Below, in pieces: positions 38,331-51,729 of a stretch of 64,000 nucleotides of DNA. The number at the start of each line of letters is the position of its first letter. The stretch's first letter is position 1. The stretch comes from Octopus vulgaris (Eukaryota). The DNA is taken from contig OX597814.1 in the NCBI GenBank assembly GCA_951406725.2, forward strand, positions 78,182,001-78,246,000, given 5' to 3'. The position numbers and the translations under genes are program-made. The notes under the pieces are model-generated. The model was not told where the DNA came from and searched no databases. It saw only the letters and a list, made by a program, of their open reading frames with translations.

Positions 38331-38616
38331 TGGTGACGCAATGGCCCAATGGTTAGGACAGCGGACTCGCGGTCGGACGATCGCGGTTTCGATTCCCAGA
38401 CCGGGCGTTGTGTGTGTTTATTAAAAGCTCCACGAGGCTCCGGCAGGGGGGGGGGTGATCCCTGCTGTACTCTTTCACCACTCTTTCTCTCACTCTTTCT
38501 TCTGTTGGCCGGCTCGCTTAGCCAGCGGGGTGGCGTCATTCAAAAGCTAAAACAATGCGAACGCATTGTAACCAGCGATGTGTAACAACATCTGATGGTC
38601 TGGTCGATCACGTGAT

Positions 38617-38625
<9 letters not shown>
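38331..38625 (+). mobile_element. tRNA(Arg)-headed SINE with an alternative tail
   Basis: Head as at 20007; tail gcattgtaaccagcgatgtgtaacaacatctgatggtctgg also found at 61090-61150. Confidence 0.85.
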
Positions 38626-38666
<41 letters not shown>

Positions 38667-38678
38667 GTTGTTGGCATA

Positions 38679-39115
38679 TGTTGTTGGCATCCTTTTGTCT
38701 CGGGAGACACTGGAGTTGCGCATAAAATAATCCAGTCTGGTTTTTAGATTTCATGCTCTTTACATCTCCTGCTGTGGCTGTGTAGTCGTCTGGCAGGTGA
38801 CGCAGATGTAGCGAAGACTTTGCCTGGCTGGTTGTAATGTCGTCTGCTACTTTTTACAGCAGCACTGAAGTGTCCTCTCCAGTTTTGCGCAGGCCTGGGC
38901 TAAATGTAAGAAAATCCTTGGTTGCAGGAACTGCCTGAAGAGTATCGAGTCGAACACTAAGCAGCCTACGGGGCTCCACTCCGAATTTCTTTGAAGGTTG
39001 TCTCCTTTCCGTAACCATGGGTAGGAGCCCATACCGGATACTGTCAACCGGGGCCAGCGGAGCCCGGAACTCGTGTCAGCCAGGGACGTCACTCCCTGAA
39101 GTAGTAAAGAAAATC
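38679..39115 (-). mobile_element. Short RTE-clade derivative: putative 5' UTR joined to the RTE 3' end
   Basis: Minus 3' part encodes YICVTC..LHSHSRRC and ends ctcccgagacaaaaggatgccaac before (TA)n; the same 3' end occurs at 61425-61620 and 63152-63283. Confidence 0.65.
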
Positions 39116-39223
39116 GCTACCCACTACCATAATATATACATATATATATAAGTGAGAGAGTTGGTATGTTCGCTTGTTTTCCACCTGCCTTCGTCTTTTG
39201 TCTATTTTCATAAAGCTTCCCGT

Positions 39224-39273
<50 letters not shown>

Positions 39274-39577
39274 TGTATGTATGTATGTATGTATATATAT
39301 ATATATGTATGCATGTATATATATATACTTTACAGATATAGGGTGAAAGATAATTAATTTAATAAAATCAACAAATTTCACCTAGTAGTATTTCGGTATG
39401 GAAAAGGACCATATTCGGTAAAAACTTATAGAAAAAGTTTTTTTTATATATAAATATAACAATAAGGGTTTAGCAACAAGTTGCTTGACCACCAACTTGT
39501 TGCTAAACCCTTATTATTTTATATATGTGTGTGTGTGTGTGTGTGTGTGGTGTGTTAGTGTGTATTTATATATGTAT

Positions 39578-39619
<42 letters not shown>

Positions 39620-39623
<4 letters not shown>

Positions 39624-40694
39624 ACGAATCACCTGCCGTCGCTCAAACTCTTCGGAAAACCCGGGACCCTACCAAGTCGAGCGACGACGATCGACCGGCT
39701 CGATCGAACGATGAATTCGCCACGGACTCGGAGAGAGAGAATTCGGCGGGGGGAAGGCGGCAGCGAACTCGGCAACCGGCGACCGGAGAGAACAACAAAC
39801 AACAAACAACAGCAGGAAGAGATACAGAGAGACACGGCGGAAGGTAATTTGGCTTACGTTTAACAACAATAGTTTATAACAATTATTACATCAAATACAT
39901 GCAAGAAAACAAGGAAACAACAAAATCAAAGCATTTAAACAGAACACTTCGTTCTGTTACAATCAAAGGCATGCACAATACAGAACGTCCGAAGCAATCA
40001 AAACAGTTCAGATCCAATTAAAACAAATAACGTTCACATTATAGTTCAGAGACAAATCAGTTCTACATTAGAGACTTTCTCTTTCTTTGCTTTCCGCAAT
40101 TCTGTAACACAGTTCTTTTCACAATCTCCTTTCCTTAATTCAGTACTTCTTCCTCCTTTTTTCAACACATCAATTCTTTTATATTTCAACAATTCTTTTT
40201 CCTTCATAAATAAACATACCATTACGAGCTACTACAATAGCCAGTGCCCTCATACCGTAGTCCCTCTCTCTTAGCTCCTTAATCCTATCTGTCTGTCACC
40301 TCTACGTTGTCGTTGCCTCTCGCCGTAATCCTATCTGCCTGTCTTCCTCTTTCACATTCACTGTCATTCTCTCACTTGTCATCCCTCACATTGTCTGTCA
40401 GTCTTTCTCAACTGACCGCCTTCGCCATCGCCACCTTCTTGGCTGACCGTCCGTATCACTCCCGTCTCTGGCCAGAAATGCCAGCCGACTGTTTTCCAAA
40501 CTCACAGCTCGTGCTTTTTATAGGGTAGCTTCCTCGACCCCTCTTTGACCGGAAAAAGGGCAGAGGTCTCTCCGAAAGTCATTACTCTTTCGTGAATCTG
40601 GCAGAACAAAGGACAATAACTTTAGATCCCAGACTTTCAGACTACAAACGAGCAAAGTAGGTCATAGCAGTTGTTTCCCGAATTGACCTACTCA

Positions 40695-40701
<7 letters not shown>
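39620..40701 (-). mobile_element. Putative solo LTR (~1.08 kb) inserted in (TA)n
   Basis: Sharp block from TGTTACGA to TCATATCAC with imperfect terminal inverted repeats; minus-strand TATA box ccTATAAAAAgc at about 40513-40524; no coding capacity. Confidence 0.6.
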
Positions 40702-40734
<33 letters not shown>

Positions 40735-40764
40735 TATATACATATATATGTGTGCGTGTGTATG

Positions 40765-40845
<81 letters not shown>

Positions 40846-41243
40846 AAAACAAAATATGGAACAAGAACGTAACAGGCGACAAAGCATCTGGACAATTAGA
40901 CGATACAAAAACGCACAAGAAAAAACAAGGACGGGTCATTCGGAGCTTCCTATCCTCAGTCGAGTTCCATTTTACATCAGAGTATCGAAGAAGATAATGT
41001 GCCTGTGTACCATTTTTCTTTATGTACCGTTCACAGTAAACCAACGTCATTTGACCCGCTAAAAATAGCAGTCAATCTTCTTCAAATTATATTCAGAACC
41101 AACTTAGAAAAGCAGAATAAATTGGGGTTAAGTCCTAACTTCGGATCGGATTAAATCGAAAGTAAAATTTTAAGACAAATTACAAACCAAAAACAAAGAT
41201 GTGTCAGTATAAACGCTGCTCGAATATGTCCCTATCTTACATA

Positions 41244-41655
41244 TTTTACTTGTTTCAGTCATTGCACTGCGGCCATGCTGGGGCACAACCATGGAGGGTT
41301 TAGTCGAACAATTTGACCTCACTACTTAGTGTTATTTTTTGAAATCTGGCACTTATTTTATCGCTTTTCTTTTCGCCGAACTGCTGAGTAAATAAACCAA
41401 CACCGGTTGTCAAGAAGTGGAAGTACACACACACGCACACATACACACACACACACTCACATACACACACACACACACATACACACACGCACACATACGA
41501 CGGGCTTTCTCATGGTTTCCATCTATCAAATTCACTTATAAAGCATTAGTCACCCCAGGGAAATAGTAGAAGACACTTGCCCAAGGTGTCGCGTAGTGGA
41601 ACTGAACCCTAAACCACGTTGTTGCAAATGGAGTTTCTTTGCTATACACCTATAC
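41244..41655 (-). mobile_element. tRNA-derived CORE-like SINE, near full-length
   Basis: agaagacacttgcccaaggtgtcgcg core and ttttacttgtttcagtcatt tail. Confidence 0.85.
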
Positions 41656-42244
41656 CACGCTTTTTATGTAATATTCATGAATATTTCTAAATATATGTAA
41701 TATTCCTAATTTTTTCTAAATATATGTAATATTTCGAGACGTTATTTACATTACACGTAACAAACACTGTTTACTGTAATGGGAATGGTTCATACAGAAC
41801 AATTATTTTTTTTACAAGAAATGTGACTTGCAAACAGCTAGAAGTTTGTTTGGGATTTTTTTTCCTTCCATTTAGCTCTCCACATGTTTATGTAATTATT
41901 AATGAGAAAAAATACCTGCATTGTCATCGAATTTTTTTCATCAGAGCATCCATCACACTTTATTGTCTGAGTATGAAAATGCAACATTTCGATTCTTGTA
42001 GTAGTGTGTATTCGTAAACTAACATTTCGTTTCTGACTAGATTTTTCATTTTCTGTCTCATTCTCACCATCGTTTCAAATCGACTCCAGAATAGGAGTTC
42101 ACCTCTATCGGATAATCTTAGCACAACAATACCTGTATGAAAGACGAGATGGTTACGGCTGGAATACTTTTGTTCGTATCGCATGTATGGGAAGCAGGAG
42201 TTGTAAAAAGTGTTTCAATTTTGAATTGAACTGGTACTACCAAT

Positions 42245-42750
42245 TAGTACCAGTTCAATACCATGAAGCACAAAAGGCCACAACACCAACTCTCCAGCCA
42301 GCTCCGTTTTCTGCTACTGTTCTGGTCTCATTCCAACTTCTCTACCCTTCTCATCTCCTTTCCTTGTCAATGGTCCTTCGCCATGTGGTTTTAGGGCACC
42401 TTGTTGTTCTTTTCCTCTCAGAGTTCCACTTTAGTGCAGCCATACAAAGGCTTTCTCGATGTAGATACAGACTGCAAAACGAAACTGAAGCTGTTTAAGA
42501 TACTTGTTCGACCAGTATTACTCTGTGGGTGTGAAAACTATAAAGCGACAAAATGGAAGGAAAATAATGGACAACTTCCAGTTCACATGCTTAAGAAGAA
42601 ATACTAAACATCAAGAATGAGTCAAAAACTGAGAGAAAAACAGGTGTCAAAAAATACCAGTAACGAAATAAGACTCATGTCCTCAAACCGATTAGATTTA
42701 CCAGACGTTTACTATAGGAGACAGAATTCTAATCGTGACTATCTTGTCTT
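42245..42750. mobile_element. RTE LINE 3' fragment with an inverted 5' part
   Basis: Minus 42445->42255 encodes ALKWNSERKRTTRCPKTTWRRTIDKE...WRVGVVAFCAS; plus 42475->42750 encodes the upstream KTKLKLFKILVRPVLLCGCE region. Confidence 0.75.
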
Positions 42751-43049
42751 CTTTCTATGTGCTGGGAACCCAGTACCACATTATCCAGCATATCCTTTTC
42801 TAAGATGTTTTGCCGTTGATTTCAGAGTTATTTCTAGTAGGTCGAGCAATTAAATGAGTGTTCCCTGTTATTGTTGCTGTTGTTGCTCGACTTTGTTAGT
42901 TGAGGATGAGCAGATCAACGAACAATACATATATACATACATGTATACATACATACATACATACATACATACATACATACATAAACACACACACATATAC
43001 ATACATACATACATACATACATACATACATACATACATACATACATACA

Positions 43050-43077
<28 letters not shown>

Positions 43078-43080
<3 letters not shown>

Positions 43081-43292
43081 GGGGGTTACTGTAAAGTTCT
43101 TGGCTTTAAGGGTATCGCGAAAGGCTTGAGGTCCAACCTTCCGAGTTCTTTTACAGGACTTCGAAAAACTGAAGGACTTCTACAATAAGTGTGTGAATTT
43201 GAGAGGGAAATATGTTGGGTAAAATCATAATTGATTGATCATCCTCTATTCTCTTTTACCTAAAGCCAGGAAGTTTTCAGTATTCCCTCGTA
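43078..43292 (+). mobile_element. Mariner-derived MITE inserted in (TACA)n
   Basis: TIRs tatgggggttactgtaaagttcttggcttt / aaagccaggaagttttcagtattccctcgta; TA ends. Confidence 0.85.
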
Positions 43293-44327
43293 CATACATA
43301 CATACATACATACATACATACATACATACATACATACATACATACATACATACATACTAAAACGTAGTGCAGGTGAATTATTGGATTGCAGGTATTCTTC
43401 GTGTGGTGGTTAACGTTGTCTAAACGCCATACGTAACTTAGCCTTCTCTTTTCTTAACATTAAAAATGAAATCTAAAATCTAATTTACGGAAATGAGCTG
43501 TTATAGTAATTAGAGAAATAAATACTTCGCAATTATAAATTATTTCGATGACTATGTACTTTTGTAAAGTTCTTGCCAAAGCTTATCGAGTGTTTTCTGT
43601 TTTTCTTACTTCGACTATTTCCGTATATCATTGGTTTCGACACCACAATATATAAACAGTGAAATTCTCATAAGACACTCTTTAGAATCCTGGTGATGAC
43701 GAAATCGCGTGTCAAAAAATTATGATATAAGACTTTTATAAACATCTGACAGTTAGAAACACAATCACATCTAGAGGAGACACAAAGTATATAATCGTAT
43801 TTTCTGGCATACAAGGCCACGTAGTATATAGTCCCTATCTTTCTAAATCCTGCTGAATTTCGCATGGAACTTTTGGTCCTCCAAAGTTATTTCGGTGTAT
43901 AAGTAGACCTACCTTTCTTTTGGCTGTAAATTTCGATCTGAATACCGAAAAACACGGCTTGCATATTATTTCAACATACAGCCTCATTTTATTTTATTTT
44001 CATTTTACTTGCACTAATATAGCATTATTTAATTGCTTTAATTTTATTATTTATATATCACTATATAATTGCTGTAAACCTAATAGTTTTCATTTTCTAC
44101 AAATTTTATTTTTATTGACTAGCTAGCAAGAGTTGCTGTTTTGCACAAACAAAATATTTTCCATACAGCTGTCAAGCATTATTTCTGTAATTATCTCTGT
44201 TTGCCTGACTGTCTCTCTCACTCCCCCCTCTCTTTCTCTCTCTCCCCCTCTTTCTTTCTCTCTCTCTCTCTCTCCCTATCTGTCTGTCTATTTCTCACGC
44301 AACATATACACACACATGTACACACAT

Positions 44328-44379
<52 letters not shown>

Positions 44380-44457
44380 GAATATATGTGTGTATATGTG
44401 TGCGTGTGTGTGTAATATATATATATATATATATATATAATGATTACAAACAATGGC

Positions 44458-45090
44458 AATAGAATAATAAAGTCCTTTTATTACGTTAGTTTACAAGTGT
44501 TTCATTGAAATTTGATCTCATGAATACTGCCATATTATGCGATAAAATACGCAGCAATTTATTCATGAGGCCTCTACCCCAACTCATCAAAATTATATAG
44601 ATGATTCATTTGTTGTATATACTTGAATTTTCAATAATTTACAACCTCCTTTTCTAAACGGCTGACAGAAGAAAACATACCTCAAGATGTGAACGTTATT
44701 GAAGAACATTGATATAAAGCGTTTTTTGAGATTGAAACAAGCCTATAATTTATAACTTTCCCTAAAAAAAAAAAACCATTTTATCCCGATTATTTTTCTA
44801 CTCATATCTTTATTCACCCTTCTTATTCACTGGATAATATAAATCAGTGATTTGTTTCGTTTTGATTCACTTTATATATGCAAATGTAATCATTTAATCA
44901 TGCCTAACTCAATGTGAGCATAAATTCAAGTATCAACAACAAATGATCTTATAGACAATTTTGAGTTGGGTTCAAGATCTCATGAATAAATTCTTGCATA
45001 TATTATTGGATAGCATAGAAATGTCCATGAGATCGAATTTATATGAAACAATTGTAAATAGATATAAGAAGAGGACTTGTTTACTCTATT
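44458..45090. mobile_element. Old foldback element (arms 44458-44616 / 44934-45090) with hammerhead-like boxes
   Basis: Inverted arms; minus-left TTGATGA-gttg...caat-GAAA-cacttgt-A; plus-right GAAA-caattgt-A. Confidence 0.65.
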
Positions 45091-45429
45091 CTTCCTGTTT
45101 CTAATCGAAAAAACTCTGCCGGTACTTGTGGATTTTCAGGCATGCCTTTGATAAGACAAAAATCTTCGGACTACTGTCAGTTAGGTAAACTGTACACATG
45201 GATGAACTTAATAAGGTAAATTCTATTGAAGGCAAACTTAATAAGGTAAACTCGAGTGAAAGTATATATACTAGCGGAAAGACCACCCCGCGGGTAGTTT
45301 TCTGCTAGTTCTTAGGTTATTCAATTCCCAATTCGTGTAATTTTTCTGATATGTTAAGTCTAATTTTCCTTTGCATCCTTTATTCGTTTAATACTACTCA
45401 CTGCTCAGTAAACGTAGGGCATACCTACA

Positions 45430-46110
45430 TAAATTACCCCACCCCACCCCACCCACAGAATTTGCTTCTTTATTCCTTTCTGAGAAATGGATATTCATTG
45501 ATGAAAATTTCTAAAAATACATTTTAGATGGTGTAGATTGCGATTATATAAAAATTTGTGGTGAAAAGCATTTTTGGAGAGGGGTTTTGTGTAAGTCACG
45601 TGCCTCAATTTTGTTTCCTCTTAGCTTTCAGAACATTGGGTATTTTTTAATGAGACTTTCTACAAATGACTTTCAAATGGTTTAGATTACGATTATATAA
45701 GAGTGTAATGTAGAAAAAATAGTGAGAGGACGGATATTTTATGCATTTTGATTTTGTTTCCTCTTGTTGTAATGATTTAATTACAATTATGTTGAAAAAA
45801 GAAATTTCTGAGGCTCTTTTAACAACATTGCATTCCACTTCCAACAAAGATTTCTTTCACAGAATTTTCTGGAAAGCGGGAAATAGTCCTCCGAAATATT
45901 TTTTAGGCATAATTGTAATGAAATTATCAAAATATATAAGGAAAACAAAGTCGAGAGACATGAAATATCCCCTCCGCATTTCTTTTTCACTCTAAATTCC
46001 TATATAATCGTAATCTATACAATCTTAAACATGTTTTTAGAAAATTTCATTAAAGAATACCTATTTTCCTGAAAGTTATGAGGGGGAAAAATTGGTGGGT
46101 GGCGGTGTAC
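45430..46110. mobile_element. Old DNA-transposon-like element with ~190 bp diverged inverted ends
   Basis: gatgaaaatttctaaaaatacattttagatggtgtagattgcgattatata is mirrored by tatataatcgtaatctatacaatcttaaacatgtttttagaaaattttcat. Confidence 0.6.
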
Positions 46111-46534
46111 TCTTTTGTCGTTATACCCAAATAACGAAAGCAAATTAAAGCTAGCTTTCTTATTCAGTTTTTCTATTTCCTCAACAACAGGATACTGAAA
46201 TCAACATAATGTGGTTGACGCTGGAATAAAATTATAATTTGTATGAAAATACCTGGACAACCTTTATATTTCCAGAAGTATAAACAAACGTTAGACTATC
46301 CTGCAGTAAATTGAAATGTCGTATTGGATAAAATTTATGATTGAAGGGGGTACTTGAAATATTCGATAATAAAAGAAACTTCAACAACACATTTTGATAA
46401 AAAATATATGAGAACTGGAATTATAGAATATTTCCAGACATTCTAGTCTTTAATAATCGTCTTCTTTTAGTATAAGTTACGTAATACCACCTAACTCATA
46501 AGTAGATTTCTTTATCGATATTATTATTATCATC

Positions 46535-46852
46535 ATATGTTTGACTTTTGCTTTGCATTTGTACAAGTTGGCTCCAGGTCACACTCAGAGACCTCAAGAG
46601 ACAACAAGTTAGAAGTTCATGTTGGTGTTATGCCTAGGATGTCATATATTTGGTTTTTCACATAGTATTGTTCTAGAGAATGTTTAAGAAAACATAAGAA
46701 AATTTTGAGTTTGTTTTAAAATTTGAGATTACATAGACATTATTTTACGTAGGATATGGGTAGTTCCCATGAGTACTATCTTCTGAATTTCTACCATTTT
46801 GGGGTTTCCTAGTATCTGAGCTAGGTAGCCCTTTTTGCTATCATTCCTAGGT
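46535..46852 (-). mobile_element. 5'-truncated copy of the Dong-like element, flanked by (TTA)n on both sides
   Basis: Reverse complement of about 9860-10165 (ORF end plus 3' UTR); TTA runs at 46519-46530 and 46858-46911. Confidence 0.93.
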
Positions 46853-46856
46853 ATTG

Positions 46857-46914
<58 letters not shown>

Positions 46915-47116
46915 CATATTCAACCCTGTATCCATGCACATTTTTCTCTCTCCTTTTTTTTTGTTCTCTCTCCATGTTTTCTTCTCAACCCGCTTTGACG
47001 AAGAACGTACGTTCAAAACGTCAAAGACTTTTCCATTCTTCCCGAGCGTCAAACTAATACACCTTCTTGTTCCTTCACCTGTCTTCGTCTTTTGTTTTCT
47101 GTAAATTTGAACTAAA
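46915..47116 (+). mobile_element. Short Penelope-derived repeat with a degenerate minimal hammerhead; family also at 61863-62050 and 39150-39225
   Basis: ct-TTGACGA-a-gaac(gtac)gttc-AAAA-cgt-C-aaag; the other copy reads CTGTCGA-agagc(gtag)gctg-GAAA-cgt-C-aaag. Confidence 0.7.
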
Positions 47117-47547
47117 TATATATATATATATATAATTAAAGTAGAAAAGTATGAATTAGTTCGTACTTTAAGTATGAATTACATGTGAAATTAATGTTTA
47201 TCTGCTTATGTGCTAAGAATATTGATCTTAAAGACCGCTTTAGTCAATTATGTATGTACATACAAGCAAGTCCCATTTAAATGTACGACAACGTAATAGC
47301 GTTATGGATTTTACCGACCTGTCATAAATTGAACTCTTAACAACCGCGAATTTATTCTATGGTGTTTATACATCAATTCTCTATATGGATATATAGATGT
47401 GAATCGCTCGATATGACTGTTCAACGAATTAATTTAATAATTGATTGATTAATTAATTAGTAGATTACGCATGCAACCATTGTATAATGCTGATACACTT
47501 TCTCGAGCTTTTTGAAACACGTAGGCGAATAAAGCTATGTACGACCA

Positions 47548-47797
47548 TGGGCCCGGGAAGAAGGGGTACAGGCGGTGTGCTTGCACCCACTAAAATTTTT
47601 GTGGAGTGCAAAATAAAGATTTGCACCCCTACTTACATTTCTCAGGTGTAGAAAATCTGTAAACCGGTAAAATGTAACTTGAATTAGGTTTCGTCTCAAA
47701 GAACAAAGAACATAAATAAAAACACATGACCTTCTTTGTAATAACTTTTGGGCCTGGGTTTGCACCCCCCTAAGCAAATTTCATTCCCGAGCCAATA
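47548..47797. mobile_element. Degraded hAT-like MITE
   Basis: Ends catgggcccgggaa / ttcccgagccaat; internal tgcacccc subrepeats. Confidence 0.45.
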
Positions 47798-48029
47798 TGT
47801 ACAACTATAAGTCCTCATTATTTGTGTGATTTCTATTATACTCTCTGAATAATGTACCGAATTATCAATTGCCGAATAATCTCGTATTTACAGTTTGTAC
47901 CTGTCACATGGTATATCTGACTCATATGAATTGCTGTACACTTCAATGGACATTCTGTTAGCCTGGTTTATCACATAGACTATTTGCTGAGGTAGGTGGC
48001 GCTTGAATTTTTTTCAATTTCTATTTCCC

Positions 48030-48111
<82 letters not shown>

Positions 48112-49077
48112 CGCGCGCGTGTGTGTGTGTGTGTGTGTGTGTGCGTGTGTGTGTGCGTGTGTGTGTGCGTGTGTGTGTAAAGGATAGATGAGATCATGAT
48201 AGCCAATGTCCATCCGATATTGTGTGCACAGGCTAAATCCTGCTATTTCTCATGGACAATCGTAGTTCTTGCAGCAACCTGGTATGGTACAGAAAACAAT
48301 GGCTGTTGAGTGGATGGACACGTTTTCACCAATGTGCAGGCATAACAGGTTCAGTCAGCATGGAAAAAATGTTAATGAAAATGTAGGCATGGTTTACCAC
48401 ATTAATGGCAGTGAGAGACCCTTAGTCCTTGTTAGGACAACACTCTATAAAAAAGAAAACTGATGTAAAACTTGCAACTCGATGGCAGCCAAAGATGTTG
48501 ATTTGTTCTTTTGGGGGTATCTGTCATCGTTGTTCAGAGAGTGAAACTGGCTTTGTGCAACGTCTCTCTTCACTGATTTTGTGCAAGGTCTCTTTTCATT
48601 TTACAAAGCATCATGCACAAATATCGCTTGGCATACAGGCAGCACCCTCGTCATTCACTTTTTCTTCCTTCTTTTATAGACTGGCCGTAACCTCAAAAGG
48701 TAAATTACATTCAATGAAAACTAATAGAATTTATAACAATGATGCAGTCAGTGGCAATAGGGGCTCTGAAACGAACTGTCAAAGAGTTTAGCCTGGCAGG
48801 TGTCGTAGAGGACCGAAATCCAGGCCCGGTCTTCATCCTGGGACTATGAGAAAATATAAGCCTACCAATATCGGCTACTGCAAATCTAAACTCTTCTAGG
48901 TAATAGATCAACGTCCTGAAAGATCTGCACCTGCAGCAAAGGAACAACAGCTCTATAACATGAACATTACAGCGTTTCACTCCTGTGTTACTTACTCATA
49001 CATAAGACTGGTTCTGAAATGCTTCAAAAGATGGCTATTCTCAAGAACTAGAAAGCGGTCATCATGTATAGATACTA

Positions 49078-49148
<71 letters not shown>

Positions 49149-49800
49149 TATTTGTTTTTAAAGAGCAAGCTGCCGAGCTAGTTGTGTTTATGTATATTCC
49201 ACCCAATCCTCAACAGTTGACTGTAAATAATATGGGCAAAATAATGCCATTTGAAGAAAAAAATGTCAGCAAGTCGTCGTGTTTGAAACAAAAATTACAA
49301 GAGGATTTCAGAATGAGCTTTAAATTCAGTATGAAACAGGTTATATAAAACAACTTGGATTTTAGTTGTTCTGAACTAGAAGCTGATGTCTCTACCGGGC
49401 AGATGACAGCGTCCCATTTCCTCCCAGTGTTCCCATTTCACCCTTTCCCATCAACTGCTGGCAACGTCTTTTACTGTGAATACGCAATCTGCTTCACTAT
49501 TACTACTGCATTCTTTGATATTCTCTCGGGAATTTCTCCTCACTGAAATATTTATGTAAACATACAATACTCTTTATTGCTTAGAAATTCTTGTAAAACT
49601 GGGGTTTATTTCCGATTTTCTTTTTTTTACTTTATTTTTATTTATTTATTTTCGAAAAACGTCTCGTCGGAACACATAACGTGGAAATATCTATGGGAAA
49701 ATAAATTTTTGCGTTTTGAAAGTTTACGTTACGGCAATGTTTTCAGAAAACAGCATCTCATAACGCGAAAGATATTTGTATAAAGATTCGGATTCACATA

Positions 49801-49886
<86 letters not shown>

Positions 49887-50002
49887 TCACTCACTCACTC
49901 ACGCTCTCTCTCTCTCCCTCTCTGTCTGTCTGTCTATCTCGCTCACTCATTCTCTTTTTCCACAGACACACACACAAACACACACACACATAGAGATAGA
50001 GA

Positions 50003-50069
<67 letters not shown>

Positions 50070-50167
50070 AGAAAGGGAGAAATAGAAAAAGAGAGTGTAG
50101 GGAAAAACAGACAGCAGAAGAGAAAAAGAGAAGGAAAGAAAGAAAGAGCGAGAGACACAGAAACAGT

Positions 50168-50272
<105 letters not shown>

Positions 50273-50612
50273 GTAGAGAGAGAGAGAGAGAGAGGAGGGA
50301 AAGAGGGAGAGAGGACAAGCGTGAATGAGCAAATGATCGTGCGCGATATGTGCATAGATATATAAATAGAGAAGGAGAGAGGAGATGAAGAGAGTATGTG
50401 TGCGTGTGTGTGTGATGAGTGTGAAAGAAAGTTTAAGCAAGAACCTTAATGCAGCTTTAATCAGCAATTTATCAAAAATTTGATTTCTAAGGAAACAGAA
50501 CACTTTGGCAAAACGGTATATATAAGTGTGTGTGTGTGTGTGTGTGTGTTAGCGTCTATAGAGATGGAAATCAGAACGGTCTTGCAAGGGTCATTTTATT
50601 ATTATTATCATT

Positions 50613-50654
<42 letters not shown>

Positions 50655-50776
50655 ATTTAATGAGCATATCCACTCCTTTATGCAACGAATACTTTAAAGA
50701 TTATAGATTTTCGTCGCTACTCAAAAGGAAATATGCAACAGTTTGTGTGTGTGTCTGTGTGTGTGTGTGTGTGTGC

Positions 50777-50827
<51 letters not shown>

Positions 50828-51321
50828 TGTCTGTGTGTGTGTGTGTGTGTCCTGTAAAGGAATGGCCTGGGGGTAAATAGCCTGAATTTTCAGACGTAAA
50901 AGAGGAAGTTGATATGATGCTTCCTGATTCCCTAGTAAAAGAATTTTCCACTACACTCTATCAAATTCCTCCTTGAGAACAGCAACTACGACAACGACGA
51001 CAACAACAACAGTTATATACAGTTTAGACTTATAAGTGTGTATACATATATATGTGTATGTGTGTGTGTGTCTGTATGTGTGTGTGCGTGTGTGTGTGTG
51101 CGTATGTGTGTATGTGTACATATATCATACATGTGTGTAAAAATGTGTGTATACATATGTATATATGGCCACCATTTACATATACAGGTTAGCGAATATA
51201 TATATATATATATAAGCATTCATTGAAAAAAGTGTGTATGTACATATATATATATATACATATATAATGCATCTGCATGATTGGCATGTGTATACATACA
51301 CATATTTTATATTTATTACTG

Positions 51322-51394
<73 letters not shown>

Positions 51395-51729
51395 GTGTGT
51401 GTGAGTGTGTAGGTGCAGATATACATATACATATAAATCATACCGTCCCCTTGATGATTGAGCTAGTATTGGTGATGTTATAAATAACTTTTCTGAAATA
51501 GAAAATAGAAATAGATCAAATGTAAGGGGTGTGGCTGTATTGAGAAATTGTGTTTTGTGTTTACAGGCGTAATGTGATGTTACTATATCCTAGTATGGAA
51601 ATATAGTATGTTGAGAAGAACGTCAGTCAAAAAACCACGTGTTTGTGTTGATTATATTGCTTAAATGTTTGAGATGAATTGTTGTCGATATGGAGAGAAT
51701 TTTTTCAAAACTATTAGCCTAATGTTCCA

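Noticed and set aside
48270-49070. Microsatellite-free block with short ORFs
   Set aside because: Faint RT-like remnants (GFRSST) suggest a very old LINE; too decayed to call, and no exon structure.
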